DNA of 64,000 nucleotides from Cycas panzhihuaensis (Eukaryota; Plantae; Cycadophyta): assembly GCA_023213395.1 (NCBI GenBank), contig CM041465.1, forward strand, positions 221,409,741 through 221,473,740. Direction: 5' to 3'. The notes under the pieces are model-generated. The model was not told where the DNA came from, ran no database searches, and was given only the letters and a program-made list of their open reading frames with translations. The position numbers and the translations under genes were made by a program. This document shows positions 32,501 through 46,136 of this stretch, one piece after another (positions within the stretch are counted from its first letter, which is position 1; every line of letters starts with the position of its first letter).

Positions 32501-33400
32501 GGAGGCCTCATCGGCCTCCTTTGCAGCTTGAGATTGTATGACTGGGCACACCTAGGTGGTCTCAAGTAATTAAATGATCCTCTTCCCTTTATTTTTTAGG
32601 TTGAGAAGAGGTGATTGGTTGAGCAATTGGGCTTGTCAAGAAGGAGTTATCTATAAGATCCTTTCCCTTTGGTTGATTTGTAGGGGGAGTTTGAGTCATC
32701 CTCCTAAATCTAATTTGCCTACCTTATTGTTGCAGGCTGCTCTTTCTCTTCATGATTAGGGAATAGGTCCTGGTGACAGAAGGCTTAGATAATTATTATT
32801 GTTGTTGTTGATGCTGGCCATTATGATCACGTGGAGGTGATGCCTCGTGATATTTCAAATTCTTTAGAATCTTTTTGAGACCAACTTAGATCTTGATAGA
32901 TTTCAATGCCTGACATTTAGCTATGATGGATTCACAGGTCATTGCCCATATTTTAAGGACCTCGGCATGAACTTCTAGGTATAGGATGTTAATAAAAATA
33001 TCCCTCTTCAACTCCTCTAGTAATGTAGCCTTGGAGGAGTAAAGGAGGTCATAAAACCTATGTACAACGTCACAGTTTAGTTCATCGTGGCCTTGCTTTA
33101 ATGAAAGTAGGGCCTTAACTCCACTCTTGAATGGGCGAGCCACATCAAAATAGTTGATAAACATATCAACTAATTACTAAAAGGTGGAAATAGAATGGGT
33201 AGGGAGCCAGTAAAACCACTTCAAGGCATTATCTTGAAGAAATCAAGGTAACAACTTCATTAGTATATGATCATATGCCCAATAATTGATGCACGCCATG
33301 GCAAATGCCCTAACATGATTAATTGTGTTTTAGGAAGAAGCGCCATCAAACTTAGGCACTTCTAAGGGATGAGGTATTAATTTAGTTCGTAAAGCCTCAA
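29545..33400 (-). pseudogene. Gypsy gag-pol (gag, protease, RT, integrase C-terminus; RNase H and integrase core missing)
   Basis: Domain motifs as listed for the element; many stops and frameshifts. Confidence 0.85.
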
Positions 33401-35257
33401 TCAAAAGTAGGCTCAATCTATAATCCACAAATGGGAAAGTTGTCAATTAGGCAAGCGTATCGGTTGGTGGGTACGTAGGTGCCATGTAAGGGTACCCATT
33501 CCTCGCATAAGCTGGATGTAATGGTGGATGAGGTGCTTAACCTTGATAATATGGGGGATGTAAAGGATGGGCATATAAAGCTCCTCCAAGATGTTATGGA
33601 GGGAGTGGAGGTCTTCCATAATAATATGGGACATAAGGAGGTGGACAAAGAAGCCTCAAATCGCCTCTTAGGCAAAGAGGATAGATGAGGGGCACATTTA
33701 CTTTTGACCTTGAAGAAGTAGGCATATGATATGTAAAGGGGTATGATGAAGAGGCTCCTCCTTAGAGGGGGACTATGGGTGAGATAAAAGATATAGGTTG
33801 TGAAGGGGGGTGGGGAAAAGGGTTTTATCCAAATAAACCCCCGACTATGGGGGCTACACCATAGGGGTGAAGTGGATCTACCCCATACATGGGAAGAGAG
33901 TTGGAACCCCCTTGCCCCCATGGTTGTAACATGTAACTAGGGGACACGTATAAAGACAGATCCATTAAATATAGATGTAAATGGAGGGAAAGTAGGCCCC
34001 CTTACCCAAGGTAACATGGATGTGGAGGTACGGTAGGAGAAGGAGGTAAATGGAGATTGGTAGGCTATAGAAGAGTGGTATAAAGGGAGGAATCATTTAC
34101 CCTCACTTGAAAAACATAAGCAACATGAAGAGAAAATATAACCGCAGAAGCAATGTGATAATAGAACTCTAAACCATGCAAAGAACAAATAACATAAACA
34201 AATCAAGCACTCAATAAAGAACACCAAGAGATTCAGGTCTAAACATAGACCTTTTATTAATCTGAGCAACAACTAAAGAATTATAGAGATGAATGAACCC
34301 TAACTTTTCTCCTCGACTCATCCACCACCATATCAATTTACATGTATCGTTATATAAGAATATATAAACACAACATTACAAAATACAGCCTTGCAGTTTT
34401 ACAATATAATGGGCATAAACCATGGGCCGACAAAAGACCCCTATAAGACACCCAAAAAGGGGCTCGAGTGTAATGCATATACCCATGTAATACTTGCAAA
34501 GTATTCAACATATCTAATACACCATGCACGACTTTACTAGAAACAGATGGACTCATGGGTAAAGATGTGGTGATATTAATATTAGACAAGCCTGATAATG
34601 GCTAAACGGATGAGGGTAGGGGAACGGTAAAAGTAGCCAAGGTTGAACTCATAAGGGAATAATGTAGCCACCTTAGAGGAGGTTGGCTAGCAACAACCTC
34701 AAAGGGTTCTCTTAACACTTCTGCTACATCTGCGAGAGGAGTATAGGCTGGGTCTTAGGAAGCCAATAATTCTCTACTTTAACCTGGGTAGATTGGGTAG
34801 GGATTCGACATATGCTCGGGATACGAAGTATGGTTATCATTATAGGCCCCTTCAAGCAGGTGTGAATAAGGGGCTTCAAGATAAGATTCATCTTATTTTG
34901 GCGCTTGGTAGAAGGGATCGCCACTAGCATAAGCAAGGCCCTCATGAGAATAAGGTACCATGAATTAGAGCCAATCTTGGGCATATAGGCATATGACCCA
35001 ATCAAATGGTTATCCCTCCATCAGTGACTCTTGGTCACTTGATTCGATGGGGGCATGTGTGGATGGGACTTCTAAGGGAGGCAAGCCACGTAAATAATTA
35101 GAGAAATACTACATCAATGCATGTACCTCACATGAGTAGTCCAAACAAGGAGGGGCAAAGGGTTCTTGAATAAACTAAGCGAATGCCTTAGAAAGAAAAA
35201 ATGAATGAAAGGGAAAGCAAGCGACCTAGACATACTAAGGACCTTACAAATGGTGAG

Positions 35258-35275
35258 TCCCTAATATGGTTGCTA
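35258..35275 (-). other. Degenerate primer-binding site, tRNA-Arg (Ogre-like)
   Basis: Minus strand reads TAGCAACCATATTAGGGA, close to the Ogre-type TGGCGACnnnACTGGGGA (mostly transitions). It lies 6 bp from a candidate LTR terminal CA at 35282. Confidence 0.45.
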
Positions 35276-35890
35276 GTTAAATGTGCTAAAGGGAGGTTGG
35301 CAATATGATAGCAACCTACAACACAAACCTAGGGCATGGGTGACAAGCGTATGAGATGAAGATAAATCTAATCTTTACTTAAGGCGCTTATGCCCCTCTT
35401 GGATGTGAATGTAGGGTGTATTGCATTTTCTTGCAAGGTGGAGGAGACTAAACTAGAGCAATTCAAATTTTAATGGATGCATGCAGGCAATCTAGGTTTG
35501 CAACAATGTTGTCTTATGGCAAACTAAAGAGAAAGGGAGAGAGTCCACAATCCTATACGTATCAACATGCTCTTTTCTGTTAATGTAAGCAAAATGCAAC
35601 CTCAGCTAAAGCATAATGTAACCGTATAGGTTCAAGGACTTGTAACTATATGATCCCTTCCTTCACTTGGGCTTTTAAAAATAAAGGAAAGAGGAATGTA
35701 ATGCAAAGACTAACTTATTGGCCTCTTTTTCTTTATTCTATCTTTTTTTTCTTTTTTCTTTTTATTCAATGCAAGTGCAATAATGCAAAAAAAAAAAAAA
35801 AAAAGATAAACATTTTCTTTTTTTATTTTTTTTGGATAAGAATAAAAAGAGGTAGTAGAAGGAATGAAAGAAATAGATAAACTTAAGGGA

Positions 35891-35892
<2 letters not shown>

Positions 35893-35938
<46 letters not shown>
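35893..35938. repeat. (CT)n microsatellite
   Basis: Directly visible. Confidence 0.95.
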
Positions 35939-35943
<5 letters not shown>

Positions 35944-36070
35944 ATCCTTACTTCCTAGTTATGTATCTCTATCTTTTTTTTTTTTCTGAAATGGAAAAGA
36001 AAATTAAAAAATGCAAAGAGAAATAGGTGGTCACCCACTAAACATCAAAATGAGTCCATATCATCTTTGG

Positions 36071-36106
36071 ATATATGTGTGTGTATGTGTATATGTGTGT
36101 ATGTAT

Positions 36107-36150
<44 letters not shown>

Positions 36151-36207
36151 CTGTGTGTGTGTGTGTGTATGTGTGTACACACACACACACACACATATAT
36201 ATATATG
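36071..36207. repeat. Compound (TG)(CA)(TA) microsatellite
   Basis: Directly visible. Confidence 0.93.
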
Positions 36208-39200
36208 CCAATAATTGATCCTCAAGAGTTCTGGAGGTCACCCACTAAACATCAAATTAAGTTCACTATCATCTTCCACACACTTATAGAATAAGAGCAA
36301 TGGAGGAGTACATGATTCACCGACTCCCCCTCATCCCAGCATAACACACACCATTTTGCCATAACAAAATTACTCTTTATTATGTTATCCACCATTAGGA
36401 TCTTATTCCTAAGGCACAACCACCAAAATACTGCTATCTTAGGGGTCAGGCCAATCTTCCACACCTCTTCTAGGATTAGGTACTTTGGATCTCCTCTATC
36501 CTAGCGTAAAACCAAGTACCCCTATTTTGTTGAATAATCCCTCGAAGGGGACAAAGGCTAGACCATTGAATCCTCCTCTAGTCTTCTCAGGATATAACAT
36601 TAACCGATCACCTTTTTTAAGGCCTCTACTTGGTCTTGGACCCCCTACTCACCAAGGATCTCTGAATGTCTCTCCACTTAGTGGTCTAATTCTGGGCCAC
36701 CCAGTAATCCTTTACCTTTGTACCATAGGTCACCTTACAAAGACCTTGCAGTGGACCTACACTAGCCCGTCCCTTGAGCTTTAGGTCACCATACCACACA
36801 TCCTCTTAGAGATTTATGATATTGCCATCCCATAGCTTCCACTAGACCCCAGCCTTTAGCATCCACCTCAACTGGATCACGCTTCTCCAGATAGTTGACC
36901 CACAAGTGCATAAATCATTATCGTATAAGAAGTGCCTCTCATGAAGATACTTATGGGATATAATTCTTTCCCATAAACCCCCATCCTTCTTCGCCAATCT
37001 CCAACCTAACTTAGCTACCAAGGCACTATTGAAGAGAGATACTCTTCGAAGATTTAGACCACCTGCCCATTTAGGGTGGCATACTTTATCTGAATCCACC
37101 AAGTGGATTCTATCCTTTTCCTCCACCCCAGACCAAAGGAAGCACTTCTAAATGGCTTCCAAAGTGAACATAACTTTAGTTGGGACCTTGAAGATAGACA
37201 TCATGTAGATCGAGATGCTTTAAAGAGAAGCTACAACCAGTTTAACCTTGCTAGCCTGCCTAAGCAGAGATCCCTTCCACCTAACTAACTTCCTCTAAAT
37301 CCTGTCAACTATTAAGTACCACAACTACTTTGACATCTTTCGAACAAATAAGGTCATCCCTAAATATGTCATCAGATATTTGTAAATAGGTATCTCAAGA
37401 ATCCTGCTAATATTCTTTTGGACCCTATCCTTAGTATGCAAGGAAAAAATATTGCTTTTATTCAGATTTACATGTTGATTAGTGGCCCTCTCAAACTTCT
37501 CGAGGCCTTCTTTTAGTATATGGGCTTCCCTTAGAGTTGCCTTGCCTAAAAATATATTATCATCAATAAATTAATAGTAACTAATGTTCTCTACACCAAA
37601 AGTAGGCCTGATTCTTGTGATCATCCCCATTCTCCTAGTTATCTCAATTACTTTACCTAACACCTCGGCCAAAATTATAAAAAGATAAGGGGAGATAGGG
37701 TCTCCTTGTCTCAACCATCTAGTTCCTGAGAAAAAACTTGTTGATATTCCATTGACTAAAACTGAATATTAAGAATTTGATATACATTACTCCATCCAAT
37801 CCCTCTATTCTCCTTTAAGCTAAAAGCCTTCAGGCATTCAAGCAAACAACCCCAAGAGACCCTATCATAAGCCTTAAATAGATCAATCTTGATTATCATA
37901 CTTGGCCCTTTCCTTCGATGGTCCAAATGGACCATTTCATGTATGACTATTATGCCATCAAAGATTTGCCTACCCTTCACAAAACTGTCTTGATTAGGGG
38001 ATATAATCCTAGGGAGGATCAACCTAAGCCTATTAACCAAGACTTTGGTTACGTTTTTATACTTTACATTACACAAGTTAATTTCCTAGGAGTCCTCTAT
38101 TCCCAATGCCCCCTCCTTCTTTAGGATAAGCACGATGAATATGCCTTGCCATTCTCCCAACATCTTCCACTTCTCATGAAACTCCTCCATTACCTTCATC
38201 AAATCCTCCTTGATTATGTCCCAATATTCTTAAAAAAATCTTGGAGGTAATTCATCTAGGCTGGGTGCTTTCTCCCTTTTCATACCATATACTGCTTTCT
38301 TGACTTCCTTTATAGTAAAAGGGGATAAAAGCATTATGTTCTGCTCCTCATTCACCAGTCTAGGAATGACATTCATAAACTCCTTTCTAGCCTCTTCATC
38401 CTGGCATCCTCACTTATTAAGAAACTCTTTAAAGTAGTCTATTGTTGTGTTTTTCAAATCCTCTCCTTTATTGACTTCCTAGCCTTCTCTATTATACAAC
38501 TTGTTAATCCTGTTACTAGCTCTATATTTCATAACCATCATGTGAAAAAAATTTGTGTTTCTGTCAACTTAAGCCAACTAGAGGGCTCTAGATTTTTACT
38601 TCTAATATATCTCCTCCTCTATGAGAACCTCTTCCAAATTTTTTATCAGATCTCTCTCTGTTTGGTCCAATACTTAGGACATGCCTTCCTCCTGAATCCT
38701 AGCCCCAATTGCTTTTATCTCCCTGTATAGATGGTTCTTAACTTCAAGGATGTCCCCATAGACTTCTTTATTCCACTCTTTCACTCTTCTTTTGACCAAG
38801 TCTAGCTTCTTAAAAACCTATACATGGCACATCCCTTTATCAGGATTTTCCACCATTCCTTAATCAACTCCTTAAGATTCAAGTGTCTTTTCCATATCAC
38901 TTCAAGTCTAAACGGTGCCCCCATATGCTTTTTGGTGTCAGAAAATTCAAAAAATATAGGAGAGTGGCCTGACATCATTCTTGCGAGGGCTTCCAGTCTA
39001 AAGTCCTTATAATAGCCGGTCCAAGTACAATTGATTAGCATTCTATCTAATCTCACCTAGACATGATGGTTCCCAATCCTCCTATTCAAATAGGTGTATT
39101 TGGCACCTTTGAGGGGGACATTCATTAATCCCCCTCTTTGCATGAAAGTACCTAGGTTAGTCATATTGTTTATCCATCCTTCTTAGACACCTTTCTTCTC

Positions 39201-39644
39201 ACTAGGAGATAAGACAGCGTTAAAATCTCCTAGGACTATTAACGGCCCTTCCCAATCTTTGTGCTCCTCTAGGATCTTATCCTAAAGAATCCTCCTACCT
39301 TCTACTTAGGTAGGGCCGTAGACGTTTGTAGCCAACCACCTGGTATTCAACCTCCTCCAAGTGATCCAGATAAATAAGCACTACTCATCTATACTAAATA
39401 GCTCTCTTTGCCACTTCTTAAGATTCCATGCCACTACTAGACCCCCTAATCTAGGTCAGCCATCAATCATTAACATGTTTGCCCTCCTCCAAATCTTATC
39501 TTTGATTCTTTCTCTATTTTCCTTAGTCAATTTAGTTTCATATATGAATAATATATCTAATTTCATTTTCATGTATAGATCCTTCACTACTCTTTACTTA
39601 AAGAGAGTATTTATCCCCCTAATGTTCCAAGAGATAATCTTCAT
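36207..39644 (-). pseudogene. LINE-C ORF2 (endonuclease, RT, zf-RVT), disrupted, no RNase H visible
   Basis: ORF fragments 38802-39056, 37756-38076, 36842-37126 and 36252-36464 match LINE-A ORF2. Confidence 0.9.
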
Positions 39645-40563
39645 CTCTTCCTCCTGGTCCTCCAACTTTCCCCTCCTTCTTCTTTCTAGGGCTCTTACTC
39701 TCATCTCTAGTTCTCAATTTTGGACCCTTATAAACTCCCTCTTTAAGGGTTCTCTGGCTCCCTTGATCTATTTGCAATGCCACCTCTCTTTCCCTTATCA
39801 TCTTGAGAGTGGGCCTTCCCACTCTTTTATCAGATCCCATGTCTGGGCCCCTACATTGACTGGTCTTATTTTGATCCTCTTAGAGATCCTTCCCTTTGAC
39901 CTTCCATATCAATTTAGTGCCCCTTGTAGCCTCTTATACTAGTGTTCTCGACATCTCCTCTACCCTTTCCTCAACCTCTTGGGGCATGTCGTCCCCTTCC
40001 ACTTGCCTCTTTTCCTTCTGAAGCTCTTCCCCCTCCTAAAAGAGTGTGTCATCTTCTTCCAAGTTCAGGTTGATCTTTCCTATCTTAGGTTCCTTTATGA
40101 GGCCTTCATGCCTCTCTTCATTATAGGCTATTTTAGTCTCTTTTATTTTAATAATTTGAGGCTCTTCTCCCCCCTATCTCCCTATATCATCCCTCCTTTC
40201 CTCTAGGTAGTTCTGTGGGAGGTGGATTAATCTTCTATAGGTTGAGCAGTTGATATTTTCCACTTTGTAGATCAAGGGTTGCTCCTTGGTCTGACCATTA
40301 TATATGATCCTTACATAGTCTAGAAGGGGTTGGTCAAACCTAGTTAGTACATAAAATCTAGCATCGATAAGCCTACTTTTGTTCTTAGTAGCTAAATCAA
40401 TGGCCAGAAGAGGGCTAATAGCTTTTGCTACCCCTTTTATGACATCCAGATCCCAAACTTACAAGGGTAGTCCCAACATCTGCACCCAGATTAATGCCTG
40501 CTTTATCACTGGTACTGACGGATCAAAGACTGGGTGCCACTTTTATAGAAATAAAGCCTTTCT

Positions 40564-40864
40564 TGTTGGGTAAGGATCTAGTTACCACAATCCACTACAC
40601 TAAATCAATGGCGTATAATAAGAGCAAAATGGACAAAACAAGATTGAGAGCAAAAATAAGAGGTGAGAATTATGACTCTCCCTTTCATATTTAGCCTTAT
40701 ATATCAAATGATGTATATTAAGATTACCAAACAAGTTTCCTACTTGATGACATGATCCTGAAATTACACTTAAATGTAAATGAAATTATATTTAACTATG
40801 TGACTTAGTTAACCCAAAGTCACATTTAATTAATCTAATAACCTTGATGCATTAACATCTATCA
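40564..40864 (-). repeat. Copia 3' LTR (301 bp)
   Basis: Homologous to 45835-46136; adjacent PPT (plus-strand TCCCCCCCTT, 40866-40875). Confidence 0.95.
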
Positions 40865-43800
40865 ATCCCCCCCTTAATGGTAAAAAGTCATTATGATAAA
40901 ACTATTCTATGAGTTCTTCATTTAGGCCTCATTATTACATTAACACTTTTGTGGGAAAACCCTTATAAGGAATAAAACCCATAAACTTTCTAAGATCTAT
41001 AGCCCCTTAAATCAAAATGGCTAAGGTGGCTCTTGATGTAGCTTGATAGCCAAGTAGCTTAAATATACAACTTGATCTACTGAGTCTCCATGTACTGTTT
41101 GGTCATCCCCTGTACCTTTGAGGTTCTCACAGGTTCTGATTTTCCAAGGCTAGTAAAACCCTTATTCTTTTATGCCCACCATGGGTTTTCACAAATAGGA
41201 TAGAGCAAAGACTTACTCTTGTTCTTTCACACCCACAAAGGGTATTCACGAATGGAATAGAGTATGATGATCCCATTGTCATCTCCTCCAATCAGTTAAA
41301 GATGGAGGCTCGAAGGCTGAGCTGCCTACGAAACTATTCAAACTTCATCCTTTGCAGTGGTTTAGTGAAGATATTGGCTACTTCATCTACTATGGGGTAG
41401 TACTCTAATTGAATTATGCCATCATAAACTAGTTCTCGAATCATGTAGACTTTTGTACTTACGTATTTAATATGATCATGAAATACATGATTTTATGCCA
41501 TGTGGATTATTGATTGATTATCCCCATGAAGACTAGTAGGATTTGTTTGGGTGATATTCAATGTTTCTAATAACTTCTTAAGCTATATCACCTCCTTGCT
41601 GGTCTCAGAAGCAATAATGTATTCAGCTTCAATAATTGAATTAGTAACTATCTTCTGCCATCTGGATCTCCATGATATTGGTGTTGTTCCAAGAAACGTT
41701 ACATACCCGGGCATGGATCTCCCTGTGTCTTTATCTCTAGCAAAGTTTGAGTCTGTGTATGCATATAGTTTAAACTCTGAATTAGGTTCATACAACAGAC
41801 CATATTTGTTGGTCATCTTAAGGTACCTCAACACTCATACTATTGTTTGCCAATGATTTTGCTTAGGATTTGTTATGTAGCGAGTAAGAATGCCGATAGA
41901 GTATGCAATATTAGGTCTTATATTAGTAGTATAGATGAGACTACCTATAAGTTGCCTGTAAAGTGTTACATTTGCCTCTCGATCATCACCATCAACTATT
42001 AATTTGACATTAGGTTCTATTGGAGTGGCTATAGTTTGAGTATCTTCTAACTGAAACTTTATTAGAAGATCATTGATGTACTTTTCTTGAGAAAGAAAAA
42101 TTTTGCCATATTTCTAAGTGACTTCAATCCCCAAGTAGTATTTCATCAACCTAAAATCAGACAGTTTAAATGTTTTAACTAAGTATTTCTTTAGTTAGAT
42201 GATTGCATATTCAATGTTCCTCATTATAAGCATATCATCCACAATGATTAAGAGATAAGTGACTTTATCTTTTTGGTGTTTGATGAATAATGTCGTATTA
42301 ATATCCTCGTAGTTACAAATCTCATATCTAAGTTGCCTTATTCTTTTTAACAACTTGGTGAACCAAGCACAAGGGGCTTGTTTAAGGCTATATAAAGACT
42401 TTTTCAGCTTACACACCTTATGCTCTAGACCATTAATCTCAAATCCTTTAGACTAAGCCATGTAGATTTCTTCTTCAAGGTCACCATTGAGAAATGTAGT
42501 TATCACATCGGGATGGTGAATTTTCTAGCTCTATTGAGTTGCTAAGGCCACAAGAGTTCTAATTGTGGGCTACTTGGTCAAAGGTGCAAAGACTTCAGTG
42601 TAGTTGATACCTTCCCTTTGTGTGAATTCCTTTACTACCAATCTCGCCTTATGTTTTTCAAGGGTGCCATCAAATCTATATTTATTTGTGTACATCCATT
42701 TGTTTCAAATTACCTTTCTTCCAAGTGGTAGGTCAATGAATTCCCATGTACCATTTTTTATAAGAGATTGATACTCTTTATTTATGGCATTCCTCAAAGA
42801 TGTGTGTTTTATAACTTCTTAGTACGAGAGGGGCTCTTCATTGAGAGTAAGATATAGTTCCGTTGGTTCCAATTCAATGAAAAGTGATTCTTGCATCTTG
42901 CCTTTGTAAGCACTCTTGAGTGCCAATTTTGCCCATCTCACTAAGTCATATATCCTTATTTAGTTGGCAAGCTTCACGAGAACTTATAGTTGGGAATGAG
43001 GTCTTCATTTCTCCAACTACATGGTCTTCGTTTGGATCCTAAAAAGGTTGATTTTTCATATTTGTTAAATAGAATATTGACGTATATGGGGAGCATGGTC
43101 CATCTGCTACTGCTTTACCTTTATCAACTCTAATGTTCTTGAATGGTAGTGCATGATGTACACTCATTAGTTCATAGTCACAACTACTATTGTCCATGGC
43201 TATATTATTAGATTCTAATAGTTTGAATAACTCTTAAGCGTCTCTCCCCCTCCCCCCCCACCCCCTGAAATTTTGGAATCTATACATCATATTGAGTAGC
43301 ATTATAATAATGATTATTTAGTGTTTTGGAGTTTAATTATAATAATTAATCCTTTGTTTCATTAAACACCACATCTATGTGATGATAATCTTCCACTGTA
43401 AAGGTATAAAGACCTTGTACCCTTTCTTGTCTATAGGTGTCCAACAAATATGCCTTTAAATACCCTAGGCTAGAGTTTATTTCTATCTCCATCCGGTATA
43501 TGGGCATAACATGTTGAGCCAAATATTTTGATATGGTAGGTAATGGGGGCCTATCCAGTCCACTTTTCATTGGGATAAGTTCCTCCTTTAGATGGGTTAA
43601 AAACATTCATACAATAAATAGTTGTCTAAATTACTTCCATCCATAGGTAAACGAGTACATTTTTATAAACCAACATAGCTCAAGCCATATTCATAATAGA
43701 CCTATTTATGCACTCGGTAACTCCATTCTGTTGAGGGGGTGTCTATTATTGTAGTGTGATGCTTGATGCCATTGTCTTGTAAATAAGTTTCAAACTCGGT

Positions 43801-45820
43801 AGAGGTATATTCTCTACCATTATCTGTTCGAAGACACTTAATCTGATAACCTGACTCCTTTGTAATATGAGCTTTAAAAGCTTTAAAGACACCAAATGCT
43901 TTATCTTTCTTAGTCATAAAAGCCACCTACACTTTCTTGGTAAAATCATTAATAAAGGATATATAATATAATTTCTGCTTCCATGATAGAATGGACATTG
44001 GTCCACATATATCAGAGTGTGCCAATTAAAGAGGATGACTCAATTTCTATTGATTATCAACAAAGGGTTATCTATAAGATATGGCTATGATACAAGCTTC
44101 ACATTTAAAGGGCTTAGAGGAGAACTTAGGTAAACTTAGAAGGGTATGACAAAGATCTCTAAGTTGATTGATATGAACATGGCCCTGCAAGTATGCCAAA
44201 GAGCTTCTAGGGACAGCTTAGGATGTGTCAAAGTGGTATTAAAAGAAAAGTCTTCATCTACATAAGGACTTTAAGTATAATTGCCTTCAGAAGATGGGGA
44301 GTTATTCAATCTAAATAATTTACCAAGAAGAACTTTAGTTAAGACCACTCGATTTGTTGGAGGGTGGATGACGTGGAGAGTTTGGTTATTTATGGTAACA
44401 CTAAGATCAAATTCATGGGTGACAAAAGTGGATAAGGAGAGTAGATTTTATTTCATATTAGGAATGTATAGGACATCAAATAATGTAAAGTCTCTCAAGC
44501 CCAGGAGTTTCATACATATATTTCTAATACCTTCAATCGATTATTAGGATTTGTCGGCCATATGAATGACACTATATATATTATAATCAAAAGTTTGATA
44601 TAGATCCTGATTGTAGGTCATATGCTGTGTCACTCATGTATCCATGATCTATAAGGAGGTGTTTGAAGTTATATTATTTATAACTCCAAGAGGGATTTTC
44701 ATTGGTGATTCAAGATCATAAGTGGCATATCCATGATAGGCTTCAAAATACTTCTTAGTTTGATCAATGGTTCTTCCCTCAAGTCTTTGAATGTGTGTTT
44801 GAGTAAAACCTATGCCACCAAACTATTTTTCACATGTTCTATCAACATTGTGAGCCTTGTATTTTTGTTGAAACTTAAGTAACTTGTATGTAGATATACA
44901 ATAGTCTTTTATAAGGTGTCCTTTTCTATTATACCTTTCGCACATGATAATCTAATTTTTAGTTTCTGAAGTACTAGTTTGGCCTAACTGTCTTGCATTA
45001 AAAGATGGCACTTGGCCTTGAGACTATCTAGACTATTGTTGAAGGTTCTGTTGACCTTATGGCCAATTTCCTCTACCTCGTCCTCTACTCGATTATTTCC
45101 TCTACTACGAGAGGGACCCTAATTCTTTGAGAAGCATACTTCTTCTTCCATGTCAAAAATTGCATTCGAAAGAGGATTTGAAATTGCAAAATTAGTATCA
45201 AAGGTCTTATCAAATTCTATAAACTTCTTTGCAAGAGCTTCGAAGCTAAGTGTCTTCAATGTTCCATTTGATTGAAGACTCCCAAGCAAGTTCTTATAAT
45301 TAGGTATATATAGATAGGACTGTATGAGGAATGCCCATGTAATAGATTGGGTCTTAAAAACTTTGTTTATTGGTTATTTGATTGGTCAAAGGAGGTTGAT
45401 TGTTTCATGTGCATATCTCTTTTATTTCTTCATCTTACTCATCTTTAAGACTAGATGAACAAATTCAAGGTTAGATTTTGCATCAAAATTCTTTTTAAGA
45501 ACCTCAAGGACTTTCCAGGCTGTATCATATTGTTCTTCATCAGTTAGATTATGTAGAGAGTAATCAGTCACTAATAGAATACCTACACAAATCTTCTCAT
45601 CATCGATCTCCCATTGTAGTTTAGTTGTAGGATCTATTAGAGCTACAGGTGACATTCCTTCAAAGGCAAGTGTTGTTGTTATCGCAGGGATGATATGTGT
45701 AAGCTACATATGGGCTCTCCAAAGGCCTTTATACTTAATAGCATTATTGACTCCAGTATACCACAGATCCCAAGTTTCTTTCCCTTTTAAGATGCTATTT
45801 ACATTCTGCTTAAACTAGTT

Positions 45821-45832
45821 GTTTTGATACCA
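45821..45832 (-). other. Primer-binding site, tRNA-iMet
   Basis: Minus strand TGGTATCAAAAC versus canonical TGGTATCAGAGC. Confidence 0.88.
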
Positions 45833-45834
45833 AT

Positions 45835-46136
45835 TGTTGGGTGAAGGATCTAGTTACCACAATCCACTACACTAAAGTAATGATACATAATAAGAACAAA
45901 ATGGAGAGAACAAGATTGAGAGTAAAAAAGAGAGGTGAGAATTATGACTCTCCCTTGTACATTCAGCCTTATCTATCAAAGGATATGCATTAAGGTTTCT
46001 AAAGGAGTTTCTCTCCTAATAACATGATCCTGAAATTACACTTAAATGTAAATGAAATTACATTTAACTATGTGACTTAGCTAACCTAAAGTCATCTTTA
46101 ATTAATCTAATGACCTTGATGCATTAACATCCATCA
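45835..46136 (-). repeat. Copia 5' LTR (302 bp)
   Basis: Homologous to 40564-40864; adjacent PBS. Confidence 0.95.

Larger units (their letters stand above)
26461..35890 (-). mobile_element. Degraded Tat/Ogre-type Ty3/gypsy retrotransposon, both ends truncated
   Basis: Minus-strand gag (~32880-33400, LLSLKQ..RF), protease (~32060-32150, IVMDNGSLVN), RT (~29750-30560, EVFMDDL) and integrase C-terminus (KWVGPF, ~29545-29740). PBS and LTR start near 35258-35282. Confidence 0.85.
40564..46136 (-). mobile_element. Full-length degenerate Ty1/copia LTR retrotransposon
   Basis: Paired TG..CA LTRs, TSD TTTCT (40559-40563 and 46137-46141), tRNA-iMet PBS and PPT. Domains: gag, integrase (IKCLRTDNGREY), RT (CKLKKSLYSLKQAP) and RNase H (YTDSNFA, EAEYI). 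Confidence 0.96.
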
